The notes below the pieces were generated by a model, which did not search any database, had not been told where the DNA came from, and saw nothing but the letters and a program-made list of their open reading frames with translations. Positions 38,094 through 47,395 of a stretch of 47,395 nt of DNA are shown here, one piece after another. Origin of the DNA: Parasitella parasitica NRRL 2501 (taxonomy: Eukaryota > Fungi > Mucoromycota); contig MU619416.1 of NCBI GenBank assembly GCA_025201805.1, positions 1-47,395 on the forward strand, read 5' to 3'. Position 1 is the stretch's first letter. Each line of letters starts with the position of its first letter. Made by a program: the position numbers and the translations under genes.

Positions 38094-39662
38094 TTGTTTA
38101 TTTTGTATTGACTTATTTAGTTTTAAAAATATAAAATTGTTAGTTATCGGAATCAACGAACTCTTTTATATACAAGATGCCAACTCAAAATGTCGAAAGA
38201 AAACGGGATGTTTCATATTAAAAAGGGTTCGCACTGGTTAATTTGACATTGGTCGAGTTTCTCGTCCGATGTTTTCTAGCTGACGTGATTTATACCTCTC
38301 TTCCTCTTTAGGCTTCTCCATATTTACACAATCAATTTCGTAGTTCAACGTTGCCTTCAAATCAAAGCTCTGAGCTCTTTCTCTATAATTTTGATTTTGC
38401 AGACAGTGTAACCATTCCAAAAGTAATATTCTACCTTCAGCACAAGTTGATAATGATGTATTCTACAGTAAAAAAAGTCTATAGAAATAAATGAAATATT
38501 ATGCTTGGCACAATCAAATGTTGAAGGAGCGCATAAAATAGCATTACTAATTGCTAAGATACTTTTTGTTTTTTTCCATGAATGTGTAATTAAGAAAAAA
38601 AAAGCTTTCGTAGGTTTTATTAATGCAAACTTTAACCCGAAATAAGCAGGTGAAACCTTTCAGAAATATACCGTTGTACAACTGACGCTTAGGAACCTTA
38701 TTTAGATTTTATTGACGTATTGGATGAGAAATGAGAAATGGACCCTTATTTTGTTCAAGGCACCGAAAACAAGCTTTTTGATGCGGTATTTCAATGAAAA
38801 TGCAATCTTTTTTAAAAATCTTGTAAATTATAATGATCGATGCTTGACAGATTTACTTGAATGAATATGAGCTGATACAGCAAAATGATAGGAGGTCTCT
38901 TGCAGCTACTAGATATCAAAAATGATCAAAAAAGAAAAAAGAAAAAATAGAATCACGAAATCGAACCACTTTTACAGTTATCCAATGGATAAGGTAGATT
39001 TGTTTAAAAAAAAAAAAAAAAAACGGCATTCCCACAGGTTTTGGCTTGCTATATTATAGCCATCAGAATCAATTGAAAAATAAGGAGTCGAGTTACCAAA
39101 CAAAATCAGCGATAAGATGGGATCAAATGCCGAACGACTGAATCATGATAATAAGCTCACTTTATACTTTTAATAATTCCCAGTCTCTCTACGAATTTTC
39201 TGTCGTCGAATATACTTCAGATATAATATCAGACATCTGTATTATTGTTCTAGTTTTATTCAACAGATAATAAATATTGAAGTTTCAAGACGATTTCAGG
39301 ATTGCAACTGCATAAGCAATAAAATTCGGCTCATTTCCGGCAGTGTTCGGCTTTCATAAGTATTTACAACTAGCAACTATGGGCTCAGTCCGGTGCTCCG
39401 CGGCCTCTACTTGGTTTCTCTTCAAGGATTGATAACTTAGAGTCTACTAGAGGTATTAGTAATCACCTTGAATCATATAAAATTATAAGTAAAATTTAAG
39501 ATTAACAACTGATAGCAGACCTACAACACTACAGGGATTTTATTATGGTTTTGCATAAATGAAACATGGTTGTTTGATTCATTGTAACATGTAGCACTGC
39601 AAGTCAGATCACTAAAAAATACAATAATATACAAGGGAGTCGTTATTAAAGCGAGATTTTAT

Positions 39663-42600
39663 TCACAAAAAGTATAAGATTCTGTTATCATTGAGCTGGT
39701 TCCCGTTATGTGGCATTAAAAGTCCTAGTACCTGCAATAAATGATGAGAATTGTAAGGTTGTTGGGCTACCACAGGCTTCAATATTTGGACTTCTTCATT
39801 TGCAAGTGTGGGTCTCAATCGCATTTGTTTACATCTGTTATTGCCAGATTTTGATTTCTTTTTCCAGCTAGCAATTCTTCTTTTGGGCTGCTGTTGAAGC
39901 ATGCGCTCAAATTGCTGATGACTTTCCATATCAACGAGACCTTCTATTATTTGCATGGCTAGGCGTTCGATTATGTCTGATTTCGACTGCTCCATACCAA
40001 TGGCTGATAAGCACAAATGATAGAGTGTTAATATAGACAAAGCACGGTCTGATTTCAATTTCTCTGTATCCAGATATGGGTAATAGTAGCAGTAGTTACT
40101 TTCATTGTCCGTAACGTCTTGATTCAGTTTTTCTTTGAGTTTGTTGTATGAAGTTGATTGTCCTTCTTTACTTATATTACCCCACTGCTTCATATCCTAT
40201 TTTATAATAACTCAAAAAATATATATGTCTATATTAACCCAAGTTTGATAAAAAAAATACCTGAATCACTTTAACCAAGCAAGACATGTAGTACAAATCT
40301 CCTGGATTACTGTCATTTGCCTGAGTTTTCAGCAGTTTTGTTGTGCAAAGAACCACAAAATATAATCGAGTTCCTGCAACAGTGTAAACCTGTTAAATTT
40401 TGTAGAACATTGTAACTTTAAGGGCATCTAACCTTCAAATTTTGATAATTGTGAGATAATTGGCATTATGCTTTTATCGGCATAGTATTGCTCATCTTGT
40501 AGTACAGTATAAAAATCAAACGAGTCGTACAATTTAAACAGAAAGTGCTTCAATAGCTTGGGGTATTCAATTGAAACGCTATTTGAGAAGTTCGGATGTA
40601 AAGCATGTTGCAACCCATTTTCCAACATCTCATTTTCCATAGGATGCTTCCATAGCAGCAACAAATTGTATTCCCATTGCGCATGCTGTTGGAATAGAGT
40701 GTCTGTAAGGTCAGTGGACAATTTACACGCCGTAAACAAATGACGCCAGCCCTCTATTCTACCAATGTTTTGCTGCATAGTTTCATCATTTTCAATGCTG
40801 AAAATCCCATTTAATGTGCCTGTGATTCGAACAAGCGCACTGGGAACCCGTAGCGATGACGATCTTAAAAGTGGGTACCATAGTAATTGTGATTTCCAAC
40901 CTAAATGGTTGCAAGTAAGTCAACAAAATGAAGTCCTCATGGAAATTCTGCTTTACCAAAATCAGCTAATGATGTCTCAAAATATTGCTGTAACATTCTA
41001 AATTGGGATGGCTTTGAATCTAACCCGCAACGAATAATCACGGTTAATTTGTCGATGCAAGTAAGTGCTGCTTCCCAGTCTTCAAGTCGTATACCATGTT
41101 TCTCATCCTGCTCTCGTAGATCCATGATGGATGTTAGGCAACGAACAAAAGAATCAGGTGAACAGTAAAGAATAGCCGGAAGATCTGACTCATTCATATA
41201 TAATTGAGCAGAATTCCAGCTCGAATGCGACAGTGGAATACGGTCCTTGCAGAATGTGTTCAGCAGATATAACACAAACTGAACTGACTGTACGCTGAAA
41301 GTAGCAGGATGCTGAGTAAATTCAACAAGCGAATGTAGTATCAATCCATTCAAGACCTCAGTTAAATTTAAAAGCATTTTTGTTGGTTGATCTGGTGGTA
41401 AACATTTAGGGGTCAATATGATGGGATGTATCTCTGTGAAATGCTGCTCGAAAAAAACAAATGTCAGTATTAGAAATGCAGTTGTATATATTGTATACTT
41501 GCATTTAACAAGCAAGCCTTTATAAACTGTGTTATGTTTTCTTGATGAGATAGCAAAACATTGGATTCCTGAAGATACGCAACGGAATCTTGAATCACAG
41601 ACATCAAGAGGCTAGAACATGAATTCGACTTTCTTAATACACATAGATTCCCCATCATATTCAGAATAGGAATAATGATCTTGAATTGATTCTTATTCTG
41701 AACGCATGCCATGAACAGTTTTTGAATAACTTGATAGGGCCAAACGACGGACAACTGCGAAAAAAACTTAGCATCTGTTTATCAATGCATGTTATAGACA
41801 TTTGATACCTTGATCAGCTTGAGGACAAGGTCTTGCGGCGCTTGATAGTTATCGTCGACAGCAGTGATTTGATTACAAACTTTAAGCAGTTCTCTCTCGA
41901 ATGGGATATTCCAAAGCTCAATTGACCCCAGAGTGGGCAAATGAAAATCGTTGGTTTCCGGCCTATTTAACGATTAATACATCAATATCATACAAATTTG
42001 GCCATGTAGGCTACCTCTGCGTAAGAATATAATCTCTGAGATCAAAAATATCATTTACGTTTTCTGTATTGTCAATACATGTCTCTAACATTTGACAAAG
42101 GTTCTATAAAGAAAATTAGGCATTGGATTCCCTCCCGCCCTTATCTTGCTTACCTTGGCAGCCGTCAAATTATCTTGGTCACTGGATTTTTGATACTGTT
42201 GCACATGTTTTGAAATGATGTTGTATAGCATGATCATCATGTTTTCTTTGGCTATGAGGCGTGCAAATATATCCGCGCACTTGTTGTCGACAATAACTCT
42301 ACGTAAAGAGGTAAATTTTTAACCCTTGTGATTAAACCCGGGTGTAATCCCCTACTTGATCCAAAGATCCATAAATTGAACAACGACCTTCAATGTTGAT
42401 TTCCAAAAACTAGCTCGGTTTCGAATGCTAAAAATACACCACAGCTGGCATTTTGCAACATCTATTTTGACAACCTTATGGCGTATATGTTCCTCTAGGC
42501 GATCAAAGCCGAGTTCTTCATTTTCATCCTGTTGACAGATTTTGTTTAAAGCTAAGCGTTTGCTTCGCAAATGCCAGCAGATTACTAAAAATGCTTGTTC

Positions 42601-43840
42601 ATGCACCGTTGTATTTGCATCTTGCTGTTCCATCAATCTATGCCAGTCGTGTTTGACACTGTATTGTTGAATTCTGTAACGTAACGTGGATATCAGCTTT
42701 AAATCATTAAATCGATGCTTGATTTTTAGTATTTACCTGGCATTTCGGCACGTTTGAATGGGTATAGCAATAGTTGGAGCCCGCAAACCTTCATCCAAGT
42801 TGGAGGGAGGAGCTGCTCCGCTTATGCCAAAGATCAATTGAAGAAGACCATGGCATTCGTCAGTTATTGAGACACTTCTTTTCATGATTATTTGAGAGAT
42901 TTCATTTGCGTATGAAATTAATCTGTCCGTGCTTTTCTTTAAAAAATCTGTTTGTTCTGGTGTCTTTTTTGCAGTATGAGCATTATCCAAAATACAATCA
43001 TAAATTGTTTGAAAAATTGACGGTAAGTGATGAGAGACTATAACAACAAAAGTGTGTGATTAGAGTCTCATTAAGCAGTTTCCCCCTTCTAATAAATATA
43101 CCAAAATCCACCCCATTATCAATTTTGATCTGTTCAAATATAAATTGATCTGCAACACCATTGACTTGAATGTTCTTCTGCATTAGCTTGATGAAGATAG
43201 GCTGAAAATGTCGCAATGGTTTGTTTGTTACCAAAAAAGTTTCCATCATGAATTGTAAAGCATCCTATATACAGTAGCTTTTCTTATAAGATCGTATATC
43301 CTCAAGTGTAACGTTCATACCTGAGCAGGCATCCCCCAAATTTTATGACAGGTATACTTGTGTAAATCAAAGCGATCACAAACAAAATGCAGTATGTAAT
43401 GGTTTAACGCCACTGGAAAATTAACTACATTAAAATCAACAGCATAGTCTGTGCATAAAGTTCATATCAATAATTGTTATGTAGGCAGAGTTTGTCCGTG
43501 GCTAACCTTGATTATGCATGACATTGTAAAATACTGTATTATGTAAAGCTTTCGACGATTCCGACGAGTAGTTGTGGTATGATAATGTCGAATCAAGGCT
43601 TTCAAAAAGTTGTTCTAGTGAACTAATCTCAAGGTAATTTGTTACTTCCTATTAAAAATGTTGCAAATCTTTTTTACCTGTTAGGAATTTGGAGCTGTTG
43701 TTGTGAAGGCTGAAGTGTCGATTTCCGCTTATTTTCGTATTCCAGCCAGCCGTTTATGTCTGTCTATAGGTTTTCTTATTAATCAACCTATATGTGTCTG
43801 TCCTTGATTATTGTACCCTGAATATAGCTTCTAAGCTCAT
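39663..43840 (-). CDS. Large (~1,100 aa, ~14 exons) alpha-helical protein, putative Gemin4-like
   Basis: ORF pieces join through GT-AG introns from MSLEAIFR|EVTNY to ...RILYFL*. The segment FERELLKVCNQIT...LSVVWPYQVIQKLFMACVQNKNQFKIIIPIL resembles a Gemin4 segment as I recall it. The gene itself is well supported; its identity is only moderately supported. Confidence 0.6.
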
Positions 43841-44048
43841 TGAAAAGGTAGATTGTGCTTCTCATAATTGAAACATGTGTTATCAATGCCCAGTTCTCCT
43901 GTGACAGTTAAACCTCCCTTCAATGCATGTTGTCGCCACCAGCTGAGGCTTAACATCAAGTTGATGCCTCTTGTACAGTGAGAACAGTAAATTTTGTCAC
44001 TTTGAGAAAATAAATGTCGCTCTCACGTCAATTCAAAACTATTTAGAT
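43841..44048. promoter_or_regulatory. Probable bidirectional promoter (208 bp between divergent start codons)
   Basis: Head-to-head ATGs at 43840 (-) and 44049 (+). Inferred from spacing only. Confidence 0.5.
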
Positions 44049-45065
44049 ATGGATGAAAGCAGTGAAGCTAAAATAATGGAGTTCATAACGAGAAACATTG
44101 ACACCATTCCATTCAAGACCTTGCGCCACAGCGAAGTAGAATTACCACCAGAAGAACAACTGATACAAATACAAGCGACACTTCGTAAAGACCCAGGCCT
44201 ATTTTTGAGTAAATGGGGTCGATATCTCTCACAAAATTCCCTAAGATTATTTCAAGTTATTCAAAGCGACTATGAGGTCGATTTCTACCTGAATTCTTTA
44301 CTGTACAATCAAGAAGAACACCAAAAAGTACAACGACAATCGCATAAAAAGTCGGCAATGCAACTGGTAGCTCATAATAGACGATTCGAGTTTCTTCAAC
44401 GAAAATTGAGGGGCTCGGATTACTATTCAGATGAATCTATTCAGCTGAGAGAGCCTGTTCTTTATGATCATTACATTGGCCAATATATCCCTGCAAGAGA
44501 AAAGGCAAAACCGTTCGATAACGACATGACACTTGTAAATCGTATTTTTAGCAACATGGATAGAAAGTTTGTGGATGATTTTTTGTATGATCAGAAAATA
44601 AGAGATGAAGAACAATTCGAGGAAGAAGATGATGATGACGAGGAAATCGAGACAGAAAAACCAACGCCGATTGTATTAACAAAAAAGAAAAGTGAGGATG
44701 TAGAAATGAAGGGATCTGTCATCTCAAATGATGATCAAAAAGAGCAAGATGAAGAGGATACGGAAGATACTACAGAGGCGCAGACCGAGTTTAGGGAAGA
44801 ACAAAGAGCAGAACTGATTCGTTTGCTAGAGGAAAAGTTTTTGGATGGCAAAGATGTAGGTTCGAATTACTATTTGCACAACCTCTATTGTTAAAATCTT
44901 GAATGGTAGGATTTCGACTATGAGAAAGTGGATTATAATGAGGTATTTGCGATGTGTAGCGATGCTGGTGAAAAAACGCTTATTTTAATTTATTAATAGG
45001 ATTATGATAATCTTCAACAGCTAGAGCAAGACATGCAAGATCGGTATTTCGATGAAGATGATTAA
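44049..45065 (+). CDS. CCDC97: Coiled-coil domain-containing protein 97 (DUF2052); exons 44049-44855, 44910-44942, 45000-45065
   Basis: DPGLFLSKWG, NRRFEFL, YYSDESIQLREPVLYDHYIGQY, acidic linker, EKFLDGKD|DFDYEKVDYNE|DYDNLQQLEQDMQDRYFDEDD*. Confidence 0.9.
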
Positions 45066-45269
45066 ATGTACCCATTTGCCTTCAAATCACTCGAATAAAT
45101 AGCATTGATTTCAATGTTTTGTTTTTCTTCCTCGCGAAAAATTCTCTGTTCAAACTGTCATAACTCTATCTTACACCCTCCAACTCCCTCTCCTTTAATA
45201 TAAATACAAAGGTGGAACAATAATAAAGTTTAAAAAATGATCAAGAAACTTGGACTTACTGTAAAGATA

Positions 45270-45792
45270 GTATGCCTTGGAGCAGAAAAAACAGTGATAT
45301 TTCAAATCTAGTAACATTTCTTTTATGAAGATGTAAAAATGGTTTTTTATGGCCGTATGATAAAATGCCTCGGCTATTAATTCATATTGAGACATGCCCA
45401 AGTTACCTATTAGGATCATGCTTTGCTCCTCGATTGAAAATAGGTGGTGCACTCATTTACAGCGACAAAACAGGGTTTAGATTTGACCTCAGCAATGCGT
45501 TTCCAAGAAAGTAAGTATATGAGATAACGTACCAAGTGTTTTATGGCAACAGATAAATTATGCATCTAACCACATAGATCACAATGTTTTAAAAAGACCT
45601 TTTTATATTACCAAATTTCAAATATTCAAAAGAACCTTTTTGGGTAGTTTTTGAGTAAAAGCGAACATATTTTGAACACATCCAACTCCACAAACTTGAC
45701 CAAACGAATTATCATTTTAATACCTACGCGTCAATATCTTGTTTATAACTTTATCTTCAATATTTCTGCCAAAAATCAAAATTTTGTCTCGA
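45270..45792 (-). repeat. Repeat family B copy, inverted
   Basis: The reverse complement matches 27370-27888 and 26230-26500. Confidence 0.82.
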
Positions 45793-45814
45793 TCACAATC
45801 AATCTGAGGTTTCT

Positions 45815-47395
45815 CGGTGGGAAATACATTCACTAAATGATCTGCGTTCCACTTCTAGATTCATCCAGTTACCTTAAATTGATATAAACTAGTTATGTGC
45901 ACAGTTAATAAGATGTAAAATACAGATCTATACTATACAAGATATAGGCTAGAAATGGCATCATTGGGATGGATGACGCTATAGACTTATACTTATATCT
46001 CGACACGAGCCTTAGACATTTACTATATCTAGTGTATGCTATGAGCTTATGCTATATAAGATTTATGCTTCAGATGCGTATTTCCAGTTTCTAGATACCT
46101 ACAACAAGACATATACTTATATCCATGATACTAACTACAGATATATTATGTACTAACGACTTGTACAATCTGTGCAATGTTATAGATATGCTTATGACAT
46201 GCTATAGACATGCCGCCTATACCGATATTTGCTAATAAAATGAAAACCAAGTGATATACACCCATACAAGTACAATTGATATAGACTGAATAAGTCTATA
46301 CAGAAATGATATACGTTTATGGATCAATACTAATAATCTTCGTATGGGGAATTGGCCAAGGTAATTCAGTTAAAGTCCATCTACTTACTCAGGTAGATCT
46401 AATTCAACTTTGGTCTGTTGAAATGTCGTTTGTGTTGTATCCATATAAAGGCTACATATTTCGTATCTAACTTGGTCATAATGCACGGATCATGATATTA
46501 ATTGTTAGTAATTCTTTTACAAATAAGGAATAAGCTACAAGTTGTAATTGGACCTCTTGCAAGGTTCCAGGCTTATTCAAAGAATACATCTAGATCAGAT
46601 CGCGGGATGTCAGGAAGACATCCTACCCAATCTTCCCTTTAATGTAAAATAAAAAGATAGGTCTGTCCTGGAAATGCTGTGATTTTTAATAAGGTTTGAC
46701 ACTTCTTGTCAAACATCAGATGTTATGTGGATAAACATTGATTGGGATATATTTTAGTATAAATAGAGATCATATCTTACGTCAATAAAAGTCTTCAGTT
46801 TTGTATCTGGTTTTATTCAGAAAATTCTTTATTACTTTACACAAATTATATTTACATAACATTACGCTGCGCCCTTTGACACTGGCACAACAGTTTAGCA
46901 AAATACAAAGATGCTAATTGATCATAATTGTTGTATTACACGTTAATTTATGATAGTAATATTTATTCTTAGCTAAGTACTAAAAGATACATCTACCTGG
47001 CCAGTAGATAAACAGGGGTTTCACGCAACTGTCGATTAGATAATAAAACCTACACCTTTACCGCAAGTTGATTATTATTTTCTATATATATTAGTTTTTT
47101 GCGTAAATTAAATGACATCTAGAGTACCTCCACAATCCCTGCTGCAATGCGACTCCTTAATTATCCGATATTATTATTACGATCCATGAGGATCAAAAAT
47201 AATAAATCACACATTGCAGCTTCAGTTTCATAAATACCGTGATAATATCTACAAACACCACACAAAATTAATCACGTGATTTATTTCAAACTCCGATACA
47301 GAAAACCAAGAAACGTTTGATAGAGACATTGGCGAATGGAAAGCAAGGTATGCTCAGATAGCGATGATCATGCCTGTTCTTATGGCGCATAAGAC
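45815..47395 (+). mobile_element. Second, inverted copy of the left-end repeat, carrying a nested solo LTR; runs off the window end
   Basis: Colinear with the reverse complement of ~205-1308 except for extra sequence at ~46430-46905. It ends in RDIGEWKARYAQIAMIMPVLMAHK. Confidence 0.72.
46503..46861 (+). mobile_element. Probable solo LTR (359 bp)
   Basis: Inverted termini TGTTAGTAA...TTACATAACA; internal TATAAATAG (~46768) and AATAAA (~46784). It lies in the segment missing from the left copy. The target-site duplication is imperfect (TTAAT/TTACG). Confidence 0.65.

Noticed and set aside
1-47395. tRNA, rRNA, CRISPR arrays, hammerhead ribozymes, secondary-metabolite cluster
   Set aside because: I saw no cloverleaf, rRNA motifs, repeat-spacer array, complete CUGAUGA/GAAA core or biosynthetic backbone gene. 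Manual reading could miss divergent RNAs.

Overview
Eukaryotic, intron-rich fungal DNA. Introns are mostly 50-70 nt and the gene set looks like an early-diverging fungus such as a Mucorales species (inferred, not proven). There is a 40-N assembly gap at 4214-4253. I can support 14 spliced protein-coding genes: ETT1/Nro1-like, ADE4, TRS130/TRAPPC10, a divergent CUL4-like cullin, a Bni4-like PP1 regulator, a MYPT-like RVxF-ankyrin protein, a UPF0658-like membrane protein, a GT15 mannosyltransferase, a Gfo/Idh/MocA oxidoreductase, a 102-aa single-pass membrane protein, a DH-PH RhoGEF, an HSF-type transcription factor, a ~1,100-aa helical protein resembling Gemin4, and CCDC97. Also present are a decayed aspartic protease, two solo LTRs and two dispersed non-coding repeat families. 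A >1 kb repeat with decayed coding sequence occurs as inverted copies at both window ends. The most interesting leads are a possible fungal Gemin4 head-to-head with CCDC97, a PCNA-binding (PIP) box-like motif in the CUL4-like N-terminal tail, and two adjacent convergent PP1-targeting proteins. Family calls come from motif recognition by eye and from memory; no searches were run.
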